Shown here piece after piece: positions 38,144 to 48,729 of a stretch of DNA of 64,000 nt (the stretch's first letter is position 1; each line of letters starts with the position of its first letter). This DNA comes from an uncultured Collinsella sp. GTDB taxonomy: Bacteria > Actinomycetota > Coriobacteriia > Coriobacteriales > Coriobacteriaceae. The notes below the pieces were generated by a model. That model did not search any database. It saw only the letters and a list, made by a program, of their open reading frames with translations, and had not been told where the DNA came from. The stretch is taken from positions 6,415 through 70,414 of the forward strand of contig CABUBH010000005.1 in NCBI GenBank assembly GCA_902489775.1, in the 5' to 3' direction. The position numbers and the translations under genes were made by a program.

Positions 38144-38192
38144 GTCTCCGTGGTAGGGAACTAATGGACCACGCAAACCATGAGGAGGTAAC

Positions 38193-40934
38193 GTGGCAGA
38201 CGATATCAACAATAACGAGGGTATGGACGAGGCCGGCGACGCCGGCATGCCTGACGATCTGAAGCGCCTGCTCGCCCGCGCCGAGCAGGGCGAGGACGGC
38301 GACCCCGATGCCTACAACCCCGATGCCGACGAGGACGAGGAAGAGGATGACGACGGCGAGCTCGAGGAGAGCTTTGGCGAAGTCGACCGCGGCGCCTCCG
38401 CAGGCGAGGATATCAACGGCGGCCAGCTCCAGATTTCGGAGTTCGGCCGCGAGATGAAGCAGTCGTTCATCGAGTACTCGATGTCGGTCATCACGGCACG
38501 CGCCCTGCCGGACGTGCGCGACGGCTTAAAGCCGGTGCACCGCCGCATCCTGTACGCCATGAACGAGAGCGGCATCTACCCCAACCGCCCGCACAAGAAG
38601 TCGGCCTGGACGGTCGGCGAAGTTATCGGTAAGTACCACCCGCACGGTGACTCCGCGGTCTACGAGGCCATGGTTCGTCTGGCACAGTGGTTCTCCATGC
38701 GTACGCCGCTCATCGACGGTCACGGTAACTTCGGCAACATTGACGGCGACGGCGCGGCGGCCATGCGTTATACCGAGAGCCGCTTGGCCAAGCCCGCCAT
38801 GGAGCTCTTGCGCGACCTGCAGAAGGATACCGTCGACTGGCAGCCCAACTACGACGAGTCACTCGCCGAGCCCCAGGCGCTGCCCGCGCGCTTCCCCAAC
38901 CTGCTGGTCAACGGTAGCCAGGGCATCGCCGTCGGCATGGCCACCAACATCGCCCCGCACAACCTTACCGAGGCGATCGAGGCCACCTGTTACCTGATCG
39001 ACAACCCCGACGCCACCGTCGACGAGCTCATGCAGATCATGCCCGGTCCGGACTTCCCCACCGGCGCCATCATCATGGGCAGCGCCGGCATTAAGCAGAG
39101 CTACGAGACCGGCCGCGGCTCCATTACCGTGCGTGCCAAGGCGCACGTGGAGTCCACCAAGACCGGTCGCAGCCGCCTGGTCTTTACCGAGATTCCCTAT
39201 ATGGTCAACAAAGGCACCCTGCAGGAGAAGATCGCCCAGCTCGTCAACGACAAGCGCATCGAGGGCATCTCGGATATGCGCGATGAGTCCAACCAGAAGG
39301 GTATCCGTCTGGTCATCGAGCTCAAGAAGGGCGTCATTCCGCAGGTCGTGCTCAACAACCTGTATAAGTACACCTCGCTGCAGACGACCTTTGGCGCCAA
39401 CAACCTGGCACTCGTCAACGGCGTTCCCAAATGCCTGAGCCTGCGCGAGATGCTGCAGCACTACATCGACCACCAGGTCGACGTAGTCACCCGCCGCACC
39501 CGCTTCGACCTTAAGAAGGCCCAGGCCCGCGCGCATATCCTTGAGGGCTACTTGATGGCTCTCGACCATATCGACGAGGTCATTAGCATCATCCGCTCCT
39601 CGCAGACCGACTCCGAGGCCAGCAGTCGCTTGATCGAGCGCTTTGGCTTTACGCCCGAGCAGACCACGGCCATCCTCGAGATGAAGTTGCGCCGCCTGAC
39701 CGGCCTGGAGCGCGACAAGATTCAGGAAGAGTTGGACGGCCTGCGCCGCGCCATCGCCTACTACGAGGACCTGCTGGCGCATGAGGAGAAGATCCTGGGC
39801 GTCATCAAGGAAGAGATGCGCGAGATCTCCAAGAAGTTCGGCGATAAGCGCCGCACCGAGATCAGCCAGGTCGAGAAGGACCTGGATGTCGAGGACCTCA
39901 TCGCCGACGAGGATATGGTCGTGACCATCACCCACACCGGCTACGTTAAGCGTATCCCGGTTGCCGCCTACCGCGCCCAAAAGCGCGGCGGCAAGGGCGT
40001 GTCGGGCGTCAACCTCAAAGAGGACGATGTCATCGATGAGATGTTCATCGCGTCCACGCACGAGTACGTGCTGTTCTTCTCGAGCAAGGGCAAGGTCTAT
40101 CGCCTGAAGGTGCACGAGCTGCCGGTAGGTACGCGCCAGGCACGCGGTACCGCGATCGTCAACCTGCTGCCCTTCGAGGAGGGCGAGAAGATCGCGAGCG
40201 TCATCAGCTGCCGCGAGTTCCCGGCCGACGAGTACCTGATGTTTGCCACCAAGAGCGGTATGGTCAAGAAGACCGTGATGAGCGCATATGACCGCAGCCG
40301 TCGCGACGGCCTAATCGCTATCAACCTGCGCGACGACGACGCGCTGTTGAACGTGCGCCGCGTGCGCGAGGGCGACAAGATTATCCTGGCCACCACCGCG
40401 GGCAAGGCGATCATGTTCTCCGAGGAGCAGGTGCGCGCCACCGGCCGCGATACCAGCGGCGTTCGCGGTATCGGTATGAAGGACGGCGTGAGCGTTCTGG
40501 GCATGGAAGTCACTAACGGCAACGGTGATCTGTTCGTCATCACCGAGCGCGGCTACGGCAAGCGCACGCCGGTTGCGGACTACCCGGAGCAGAATCGCGG
40601 CGGCCAGGGCGTCTACACCATCCAAATGACCGAGCGTAAGGGTAACCTCGCGGCCATGAAGACGGTGGGCCCGCAGCACGAGCTGTTCATCGTGACGGAG
40701 GGCGCGACGGTCATTCGCGTCAAGACCGACGAAATCAGCCAGACTGGCCGCGCCACCCAGGGCGTCAAGATGATGACCGTCGACGACAACGACCGCATCT
40801 GCGCTGTCGCCCGTATGACGGCAGCCAAGGAAAAACCCGAAGGCGAAGCCACAGAAAACGGCTCTGCTTCCGAAGAAACCCCTGTCGATCTAGGCGACGG
40901 CAACGACATGCCAGAAGATCTCCTCGACGAGTAA
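38193..40934 (+). CDS. gyrA: DNA gyrase subunit A (with a ~85-aa acidic N-terminal extension)
   Basis: [31 protein letters not shown] and the active-site region AAMRYTE. GTG start 4 nt after GAGGAGG. Confidence 0.97.
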   Translation: MADDINNNEGMDEAGDAGMPDDLKRLLARAEQGEDGDPDAYNPDADEDEEEDDDGELEESFGEVDRGASAGEDINGGQLQISEFGREMKQSFIEYSMSVITARALPDVRDGLKPVHRRILYAMNESGIYPNRPHKKSAWTVGEVIGKYHPHGDSAVYEAMVRLAQWFSMRTPLIDGHGNFGNIDGDGAAAMRYTESRLAKPAMELLRDLQKDTVDWQPNYDESLAEPQALPARFPNLLVNGSQGIAVGMATNIAPHNLTEAIEATCYLIDNPDATVDELMQIMPGPDFPTGAIIMGSAGIKQSYETGRGSITVRAKAHVESTKTGRSRLVFTEIPYMVNKGTLQEKIAQLVNDKRIEGISDMRDESNQKGIRLVIELKKGVIPQVVLNNLYKYTSLQTTFGANNLALVNGVPKCLSLREMLQHYIDHQVDVVTRRTRFDLKKAQARAHILEGYLMALDHIDEVISIIRSSQTDSEASSRLIERFGFTPEQTTAILEMKLRRLTGLERDKIQEELDGLRRAIAYYEDLLAHEEKILGVIKEEMREISKKFGDKRRTEISQVEKDLDVEDLIADEDMVVTITHTGYVKRIPVAAYRAQKRGGKGVSGVNLKEDDVIDEMFIASTHEYVLFFSSKGKVYRLKVHELPVGTRQARGTAIVNLLPFEEGEKIASVISCREFPADEYLMFATKSGMVKKTVMSAYDRSRRDGLIAINLRDDDALLNVRRVREGDKIILATTAGKAIMFSEEQVRATGRDTSGVRGIGMKDGVSVLGMEVTNGNGDLFVITERGYGKRTPVADYPEQNRGGQGVYTIQMTERKGNLAAMKTVGPQHELFIVTEGATVIRVKTDEISQTGRATQGVKMMTVDDNDRICAVARMTAAKEKPEGEATENGSASEETPVDLGDGNDMPEDLLDE

Positions 40935-40974
40935 GAGGCCCTGGCTGGTAGAAAATATCAGACCCCATATATCG

Positions 40975-41007
40975 GCGGTCGGCGCACTGCGCGCCGACCG
41001 CTTTTTT
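40975..41007 (+). terminator. gyrA intrinsic terminator
   Basis: GCGGTCGGCGC / GCGCCGACCGC 11-bp stem followed by T6. Confidence 0.85.
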
Positions 41008-41023
41008 GAAAACCTTGGGACTC

Positions 41024-41165
41024 GTGTTCGCCCCGGTCGCACGGCGACATGTGAAGTCGATCGCGAGTTCCGCACGAGCCAGAGAGCACTTAATGTGCTC
41101 TCTGTGCGAGTCAGGACTGTCCGAGTAGGCGACTTCACATGCCGCCGTGCGACCGGGGCGAACAC
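41024..41165. repeat. 142-bp nested inverted repeat (36-bp arms, inner 9-bp palindrome)
   Basis: Arm 41024-41059 against the reverse complement of 41130-41165 gives 35/36 identity. Inner AGAGAGCAC TTAAT GTGCTCTCT at 41081-41103, extended by CGCAC/GTGCG. Confidence 0.8.
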
Positions 41166-41191
41166 CCTTCAAAGATTTTCAAAAAAAGTTG

Positions 41192-41221
41192 TTGACGCGC
41201 GCGTAACGACTCGTCTAATAT
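41192..41221 (+). promoter_or_regulatory. putative promoter of the tRNA Ile-Ala-Ile cluster
   Basis: TTGACG (41192-41197), an 18-nt spacer, TAATAT (41216-41221), preceded by an A/T tract. The tRNA starts at 41236. Confidence 0.5.
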
Positions 41222-41235
41222 ATCCCTTGCGCGAT

Positions 41236-41312
41236 GGACCTGTAGCTCAGTTGGTTAGAGCGTCCGGCTGATAACCGGGAGGTCACAAGTTCGAATCTTG
41301 TCAGGTCCACCA
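41236..41312 (+). tRNA. tRNA-Ile (anticodon GAT)
   Basis: Hand fold: acceptor GGACCTG/CAGGTCC, anticodon loop CTGATAA, T-loop TTCGAAT, encoded CCA. Confidence 0.9.
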
Positions 41313-41323
41313 CTTTCTTTCGC

Positions 41324-41368
41324 AATAAACACCCCAGCGAGAGCCGAGTCGCCGCTGGGGTGTTTATT
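41324..41368 (+). other. 16-bp perfect hairpin between tRNA-Ile and tRNA-Ala
   Basis: AATAAACACCCCAGCG ... CGCTGGGGTGTTTATT with a 13-nt loop. Confidence 0.7.
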
Positions 41369-41379
41369 ACTGTCTCCGT

Positions 41380-41455
41380 GGGGGTTTAGCTCAGCTGGGA
41401 GAGCGCGGGCTTTGCAAGCCTGAGGTCAGGGGTTCGATCCCCCTAACCTCCACCA
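41380..41455 (+). tRNA. tRNA-Ala (anticodon TGC)
   Basis: Acceptor GGGGGTT/AACCTCC with the G3:U70 identity pair, anticodon loop TTTGCAA, encoded CCA. Confidence 0.9.
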
Positions 41456-41459
41456 TGAT

Positions 41460-41536
41460 GGACCTGTAGCTCAGTTGGTTAGAGCGTCCGGCTGATAACC
41501 GGGAGGTCACAAGTTCGAATCTTGTCAGGTCCACCA
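41460..41536 (+). tRNA. tRNA-Ile (anticodon GAT), identical second copy
   Basis: The sequence is identical to 41236-41312. Confidence 0.9.
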
Positions 41537-41550
41537 TCAAAACTGTGAAG

Positions 41551-41580
41551 AGCCCTGGGGCGTTGCCTCGGGGCTTTTTT
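41551..41580 (+). terminator. terminator after the tRNA cluster
   Basis: AGCCCTGGGG / CCTCGGGGCT stem (two G-U pairs) followed by T6. Confidence 0.65.
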
Positions 41581-41720
41581 CTTACCCACAGAAGGTAGTC
41601 AAAAAAGCTCTGTCTCAAATTAACTACTTTGATTTTGTGTGCTGCGCGAAAGTTTGGGTAGTATAGCTATTCAATGCGGCGGGCCGCCGCATGTTAACCG
41701 CTACGTACCGGAGGTGTTCC

Positions 41721-42221
41721 ATGGTTCGTGTCGACATAGAGACTATCGTCATGGCCGCCGGTCCCGTGCCATCGCTTATCGTGCTTCGCGAACGCTGCAG
41801 CAAGTCGGATTCCCCCGCGCCGCTGCGCTCCCTCTCCATCCAGACTGGTTCGTTTGAAGCTGCTGCCATTAGCCGTGGCATCGATAGCGGCCGCGCCGAG
41901 CGCCCAATCACGCACGACCTGCTGCTCGACACCGTCGACGCCCTGGGTGCCAAGCTCGAACGCGTCGAAATCGTCCGCGCCGAGCCGCCCGTGTTTTACG
42001 CGACGGTTGTCGTGTTGGCCGATGGCAGCGAGCATAGGATCGACGCGCGCCCGAGCGACGCCATCGCCCTCGCCGTACGCAGCAATGCCCCCATGTTCGT
42101 TGAAGACGACATCATGAATCGCTTGGGCACCGTCTCGCCGCACGCCGAGGAAGTCGACGACGAGCAAGAGTTCGAAAAGTTCGATGAGTTCGTCCACACG
42201 CTCTCGCCCGATGATTTTTAA
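41721..42221 (+). CDS. bifunctional nuclease family protein (DUF151/BFN domain)
   Basis: ..SLSIQTGSFEAAAISRGIDSGRAERPITHDLLLDTVDALGAKLERVEIV...IDARPSDAIALAVRSNAPMFV. ATG after GGAGG. Confidence 0.8.
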   Translation: MVRVDIETIVMAAGPVPSLIVLRERCSKSDSPAPLRSLSIQTGSFEAAAISRGIDSGRAERPITHDLLLDTVDALGAKLERVEIVRAEPPVFYATVVVLADGSEHRIDARPSDAIALAVRSNAPMFVEDDIMNRLGTVSPHAEEVDDEQEFEKFDEFVHTLSPDDF

Positions 42222-42611
42222 ATGCTCGACAAACACGCGACGGAGTGCGCGCTCATGAGCGTCGGAGTTTCTGCTGAGGCGGCTGCGATCGCCCGCGAGG
42301 CCCAGATGCGCTCTGAGGCGTCCGAGGCGGCACGCATTGCCTATGTGACGCAGGCCCGCACGCTTCGCGAACGCCGCGGCTCGTTTATCAAGATGGTTGT
42401 CATCTCCGCCCTTGTCGCGGCAATCTGTTCGCGCCTTCGTGGTACAGTTGGTGCGCTTGGGTTTTCGATCTCTACGGGCCTGGTGATCTGGGGTGTGGTC
42501 GACGCGGTAATGCTGACCAGTCAGATCAAGGTGCTCGACAAGCGCGCGATGGATATGATGCGCGCCCGCGACGCTGCCGCCAAGATCGCCGCCGAGGCAC
42601 AGGAACTGTAA
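42222..42611 (+). CDS. hypothetical membrane protein
   Basis: 129 aa with two predicted TM helices. The ATG directly abuts the TAA of the previous gene. GC-rich third codon positions. Confidence 0.5.
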   Translation: MLDKHATECALMSVGVSAEAAAIAREAQMRSEASEAARIAYVTQARTLRERRGSFIKMVVISALVAAICSRLRGTVGALGFSISTGLVIWGVVDAVMLTSQIKVLDKRAMDMMRARDAAAKIAAEAQEL

Positions 42612-42641
42612 CGACGCCGGACTCGATGGGAAGGTCTAAAG

Positions 42642-43091
42642 ATGGCACAGGATATGCAGGACGCCGGTAACGTCTCCGCCGAGCTCGACGCCATGGTGTG
42701 TGACCTGATTGGTGCGTTCTTGGACGACCTTGCCGCCGGCGAGAATCCGGGCGTAGTTGTGGCGATTGAGGACGCTGCTTCCAACCGATATCTGGCGGCG
42801 CTCGACGAGGACGGCGAAGAGGCGTGCCTCGAGGCGGCCACCAACTTTATCTCCGAACACAAGATGGGTCTTAAGGACGAGGGCCTGGGCCGTATCGCCC
42901 GATATGCCATCGGCTACACCGGCTGCGTCGAGGTTGACGGCGGCTATCACGATGCTCTGCTCGTGAGCTTCTTCGAAACCACGCTCGAGAGCGGTTTTTC
43001 GGCATATGTGCTGTATGAGGGCATGGGCGCCGGCGATGGTTTTATGTGGAGCGACCCTGAACCTGCAGGTGAGGAAACCCCTCTCATCTAA
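42642..43091 (+). CDS. hypothetical acidic cytoplasmic protein
   Basis: 149 aa with RBS GGAAGG. I recognise no motif. Confidence 0.5.
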   Translation: MAQDMQDAGNVSAELDAMVCDLIGAFLDDLAAGENPGVVVAIEDAASNRYLAALDEDGEEACLEAATNFISEHKMGLKDEGLGRIARYAIGYTGCVEVDGGYHDALLVSFFETTLESGFSAYVLYEGMGAGDGFMWSDPEPAGEETPLI

Positions 43092-43208
43092 AATCGCTAA
43101 AATAAACGAGTTTTCGGTAAAAGGCTCAATATTCCCGCCGAGCGTTGCATTGCTGGGTGGGTCGCATACGCGTGCCGGTTGTATATAGATAGAAGATAGG
43201 GGAACTAC

Positions 43209-45047
<1,839 letters not shown>

Positions 45048-45075
45048 GCGCTGGGTTTTATAACGTCTAACGAGA

Positions 45076-45110
45076 AAGGGCGTCGACCGCAATGGTCGGC
45101 GCCCTTTTTT
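45076..45110. terminator. terminator between convergent typA and the bactofilin-like gene
   Basis: GGGCGTCGACC / GGTCGGCGCCC stem followed by T6. Confidence 0.75.
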
Positions 45111-45176
45111 GTGCAAGAGGATTGAGCTGGTCTGCGCCACCATAAAGGTGCCTGGCCCCTTTATGTTGGTTGGCGG

Positions 45177-46322
45177 CTAAGCGGTGGGGAGTTCTGGCGT
45201 GTTAGCCGGCTGCTGCGGTTTGAGGTGGGCGTTGCGCCAGATGATTTGGATGATGTAGCCGAGTGTAAAGACGAAGGCCACGCCGCTGATGAAGTCGCCT
45301 ACGAGGGGGATTGCCGTAAGCGCGCCCGCGGCGATGCCACCTACGGCCGCCATGGCGTAACGGTTCTGGCTGTGTCCGACCATGCGGGCGATCGCACACC
45401 CCGCAAAGGCACTCGACACCAACGCGATGCCGATAACGCCGCACAGGAGGGTTCCGGCAAGCGACAGGCCAGCGATAGAGATAATCAGCAGCAGGACGGC
45501 GGGGACGACAGCAATCGTACCCAGAAGACCGCTCACCCACAGGGGCGTGGGGCGCTGGTGAAGCATGCCGGCGGCACTGGCGGTCGCACGCGGAAAGACG
45601 AGCTCGAGCAGCAGGGCGACAAAGCAAGTCGAGAGCGCCGAGGCGACGATGCCGCCGATGACATCGTTAACGGTGGAAGTATCTTCGTTCTCGGTGCGGT
45701 CGATCTTAAGTGCGCCTACCTCGGCTCCCGCGGCGCGCTCAGGGTCCTCGGAGACGTGCGCGTTCACGGTGCCGGTGATATGGGCGTTCTTGCCCAGGAT
45801 GAGCTTGTCGGCCCAAACCTCGACATCGCCCTCGACGGTGCCATCGATGGTCACCGTATCGCCTGCCAGCGCTGCCGACTTGGTGGAGCCTCGCAGGGCA
45901 ACCGTCTCGCCCATCGCGTAAAAACAGTTGGCGGTGCTACCGGTGTTGAGCACAACGTGCTGGCCGGCCACCGTGACGCTGCCATCAACCGTGGTCTTGG
46001 CGATGTCGATGGTGCGTGCCGCCAGACGGACGGCGCCGCCAACCGTGCAGTCGCGGATCGAGAGGGTATCGCCCGCGGCGATGACATCACGGTCAATGGA
46101 CGCATCGTCCAAGTTGAGGGCCTGGCCGGCCCAGTACAGGTCACCATCGACGCCGGACGGATTGGCGTCATTGTCGGTCGCAAGTACGTTGCCTGCGGTG
46201 TCCGTGCCGGCGAACGACGCCGTGGGAAGCACGGTGATCGCCAGCGCGATGAGCGCGAACAGGATGGTGATGCGGCCCCATGCTTTACGGCGCTGGGTCA
46301 ACGGGAATTGATTACAGGGCAT
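45177..46322 (-). CDS. membrane protein with a bactofilin-like (polymer-forming, beta-helical) extracytoplasmic domain
   Basis: Repetitive ..GDTLSIRDCTVGGAVRL..VDGSVTVAG..GDTVTIDGTVEGDVEVWADKLILGKNAHITGTV.., and 4-5 C-terminal TM helices. ATG 46322 with GAAGGA 6 nt upstream. Confidence 0.55.
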   Translation of the reverse strand: MPCNQFPLTQRRKAWGRITILFALIALAITVLPTASFAGTDTAGNVLATDNDANPSGVDGDLYWAGQALNLDDASIDRDVIAAGDTLSIRDCTVGGAVRLAARTIDIAKTTVDGSVTVAGQHVVLNTGSTANCFYAMGETVALRGSTKSAALAGDTVTIDGTVEGDVEVWADKLILGKNAHITGTVNAHVSEDPERAAGAEVGALKIDRTENEDTSTVNDVIGGIVASALSTCFVALLLELVFPRATASAAGMLHQRPTPLWVSGLLGTIAVVPAVLLLIISIAGLSLAGTLLCGVIGIALVSSAFAGCAIARMVGHSQNRYAMAAVGGIAAGALTAIPLVGDFISGVAFVFTLGYIIQIIWRNAHLKPQQPANTPELPTA

Positions 46323-46428
46323 AGTGAATCCTTCGTCAGATGCTCGATATGCATCTAACAGGGTACCCAACGCGCGGGCGCTCTAAAAGAACCTCTCGGT
46401 TGCATTTCGAGGGGTTGTGTCGTGCTGC

Positions 46429-47118
46429 CTACTTTTTACGGTGCAAAAAGCGCGCGATGTCTTCTTCGGTGGGGCTTTTGATGTCAAAGCGCAGCGAGAG
46501 CCAGCGCAGTCCCATGGTCACGACAACGCATACGACCAGCGCGGCGACATTGCTCATGATGCCGCTCATAACGAGACACACATAGCTTGTCGATCCGGCG
46601 ATGGCGGCGATGGCATAAAAGTTAGTACGTTGGAAAATGCCCGGAACCACGCCCATAAAGCCGTCGCGCAGCATGCCGCCGCCTACTGCGGTAAAAAAGC
46701 CCATCATGATGCACACCGCCGGCGCAAAGCCGTAGACCAGCGCCTTGTCTGCTCCAGTGGCGGCGTAGATGCCGACCGAGATGATGTCGAGCAAGGGGAT
46801 GAGTTTTTCGGGCTTGTCGACGATTGCCGGGAAAATATAGATGATGGCCGCCGTGGCAATGGAAAGCGGGAGTGCCATCGGCTGGTTGAGGATGTAGACG
46901 TTGCCCACCTGCAGCGTCATGTCGCGCAAGAGACCGCCGCCCAGACCGCAGACCACCGCGAGCGCGACCGCGCCCACCAGGTCGAGCTTGTGCTCACGCG
47001 CAACCAGCACACCCGAGATCGATGCAGCGACAACAGCGAACATCTCGAGCCAAAACGGAATAGCGACCATGGCATCCGAGGCATGTGGGGTAACGGTCAT
47101 AGCGGCGACGACGGGCAA
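46429..47118 (-). CDS. trimeric intracellular cation channel / UPF0126 (YadS/YicG) family membrane protein
   Basis: Two UPF0126 repeats: FAVVAASISGVLVAREHKLDLVGAVALAVVCGLGGGLLRD and VGIYAATGADKAL...FFTAVGGGMLRD. TTG start after AAAGGA. Confidence 0.8.
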   Translation of the reverse strand: MPVVAAMTVTPHASDAMVAIPFWLEMFAVVAASISGVLVAREHKLDLVGAVALAVVCGLGGGLLRDMTLQVGNVYILNQPMALPLSIATAAIIYIFPAIVDKPEKLIPLLDIISVGIYAATGADKALVYGFAPAVCIMMGFFTAVGGGMLRDGFMGVVPGIFQRTNFYAIAAIAGSTSYVCLVMSGIMSNVAALVVCVVVTMGLRWLSLRFDIKSPTEEDIARFLHRKK

Positions 47119-47249
47119 GATGGGGTCCTTTGGATTGTGGGTTTAGACAATGCCCGTACATAGTACATGTTCGGCGCCGATTGCGATCCTATTGCTCGGC
47201 AAACGGTCGGGACTGGATGCGGGCGTGGCGTTACTGGAATGCCAAGGGT

Positions 47250-47330
47250 CCAAAACATGTACGTCAGCCTCCAAAAACGACATTTTCCGACATCTTTGGA
47301 GGCTGACGTACATGTTTGGATTGAGCTCAC
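47250..47330 (+). repeat. left inverted repeat (contains a 23-bp perfect hairpin)
   Basis: AAACATGTACGTCAGCCTCCAAA (47253-47275) pairs with TTTGGAGGCTGACGTACATGTTT (47295-47317). The tail GTTTGGATTGAGCTCAC faces the ORF. Confidence 0.85.
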
Positions 47331-47422
47331 AGCATGAGTGAGTTGATTTACTCACATCCGGTATATTTCCCCACTTCAACGGACATAAGAGTTGGATACC
47401 GGCTCAGAGCGAGAGGCCCTCA

Positions 47423-48430
47423 ATGGATACCCCTGTTCTCATTTCGCATAAAACCGCATGGCTTGTCCATCATGCACCCCAGAATTTGGTTCAGTCTCTT
47501 GCGCGGCACGACTACCAGATAGGCGCACAAGGCATCTCCACCCAGCAACGTGTTGCGCGCATACGACAGGCCCTTACCGACTGCGGCATTCCGTCCGATA
47601 TGCTTAAGACTATCGATATCGCGGTTGTATTCGAATTCGAGCGAATTCGTACCAAAGGCGTCGTTTGCCACATTCTTGGACAAAATCTTCCCTACGAGCA
47701 TATTAACGAGTTGACGCCCGGAATCTTCATCACCGACGAAGCCTTCGCCTTCGTGCTCGCTGCCGAGTGGATGGATAGGATCGAATATCTCGAATATGGC
47801 TATGAAGTTTGCGCCGATTATCGCATGAGGCTCAATCCCGCCGACCCTTATACCGAGCAACCAGCCACCACCTCCAAGGATGAAATAACCGAACTGCTCG
47901 ATCGGCACCCCGGCAAACCCGGTGCCACACGTGCACGGCTCGCGCTCAGGCACATCTACGATCACTCGGCCTCGCCTATGGAGACCGCTTCGGCAATCGC
48001 CCTCTCGCTCCCAACAAGCGAAGGCGGCGTTGGCATCCGAGGTATCGAACTCAACAAACCGCTCGAGATCCCTCAACGTCTCTGGCATTGCGCCAAAGCT
48101 CGAACACTCAAAATCGATGCGCTCGTGACCTATAAGCGCAGGGAGCTCGGTATCGAATATAAGGGCGGTTTTCACGATGAGCTCGAGCGCAAGGGAGCAG
48201 ATGCGGAGCGAGAGGCCGTTCTCTCCCAAATGGGATATCGAATCGTTACGCTCACTTCGGCTCAGTTCGGCAGCCAGCTCGCCTTTCACCGCGCCATGAA
48301 CAACATTCGCGAAGCACTCGGCATGCCTCGATGTACCGATACCGAGTACCAACGAAAGCAAAATGAACTGCGCAAGGCACTTATCCGCAACTGGAAAAGC
48401 ATACGAGACGAGGAGGCACCTTCCGAATAG
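47423..48430 (+). CDS. DUF559 / Vsr-fold (PD-(D/E)XK-like) endonuclease-domain protein with an AbiEi-like N-terminus
   Basis: The C-terminus LKIDALVTYKRRELGIEYKGGFHDELERKGADAEREAVLSQMGYRIVTLTSAQF resembles the actinobacterial DUF559 pattern (D..aveyDG..H......D..R...L...Gw.v.r). The N-terminus is ISHKTAWLVHH. Confidence 0.55.
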   Translation: MDTPVLISHKTAWLVHHAPQNLVQSLARHDYQIGAQGISTQQRVARIRQALTDCGIPSDMLKTIDIAVVFEFERIRTKGVVCHILGQNLPYEHINELTPGIFITDEAFAFVLAAEWMDRIEYLEYGYEVCADYRMRLNPADPYTEQPATTSKDEITELLDRHPGKPGATRARLALRHIYDHSASPMETASAIALSLPTSEGGVGIRGIELNKPLEIPQRLWHCAKARTLKIDALVTYKRRELGIEYKGGFHDELERKGADAEREAVLSQMGYRIVTLTSAQFGSQLAFHRAMNNIREALGMPRCTDTEYQRKQNELRKALIRNWKSIRDEEAPSE

Positions 48431-48440
48431 CGCCACTCCC

Positions 48441-48520
48441 GTGAGCTCAATCCAAACGTGTACGTCAGCCTCCAAAGATGTCGAAAAATGTCGTTTTTGG
48501 AGGCTGACGTACACGTTTGG
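48441..48520 (-). repeat. right inverted repeat (inverted copy of 47250-47330)
   Basis: The reverse complement aligns to the left copy with one indel and three substitutions. The same hairpin is retained. Confidence 0.85.
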
Positions 48521-48551
48521 GGAAGCGCGGGATCGAGATGTATTTCGATAA

Positions 48552-48578
48552 CAAAAAAGCTCCCATTCTAGGGAGCTT
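48552..48578 (-). terminator. terminator after tRNA-Ser(CGA)
   Basis: AAGCTCCC / GGGAGCTT stem, with TTTTTTGT on the minus strand. Confidence 0.7.
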
Positions 48579-48590
48579 TCTCAATCTAAA

Positions 48591-48681
48591 TGGCGGAGGA
48601 GGAGGGATTCGAACCCTCGTGACCTTATACAGGCCAAACGGTTTTCGAGACCGCCGCATTCAACCACTCTGCCACCCCTCC
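48591..48681 (-). tRNA. tRNA-Ser (anticodon CGA)
   Basis: Acceptor GGAGGGG/CTCCTCC, anticodon loop CTCGAAA, long variable arm, T-loop TTCGAAT, encoded CCA. Confidence 0.85.
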
Positions 48682-48729
48682 GCGTGGGGTAAAAACAAAG
48701 CAGGCTCGAAGGCCTGCTTTGGAATTAAC

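Larger units (their letters stand above)
47250..48520 (+). mobile_element. putative 1.27-kb inverted-repeat-bounded cassette carrying a DUF559/Vsr-like endonuclease gene
   Basis: ~80-bp terminal inverted repeats (~77/81 identity) flank a single ORF. Two tRNA-Ser genes are adjacent. No transposase or integrase is present. Confidence 0.5.

Noticed and set aside
41236-41536. Possibility of an rRNA operon because of the Ile/Ala spacer-type tRNAs
   Set aside because: No 16S, 23S or 5S-like sequence flanks them. The cluster has its own putative promoter and terminator.
47420-48514. 364-aa minus-strand ORF inside the inverted-repeat cassette
   Set aside because: It runs into the right-hand repeat hairpin and lacks recognisable motifs. 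The plus-strand ORF has a DUF559/Vsr-like C-terminus and lies cleanly between the repeats. Some ambiguity remains, so the CDS confidence is only moderate.
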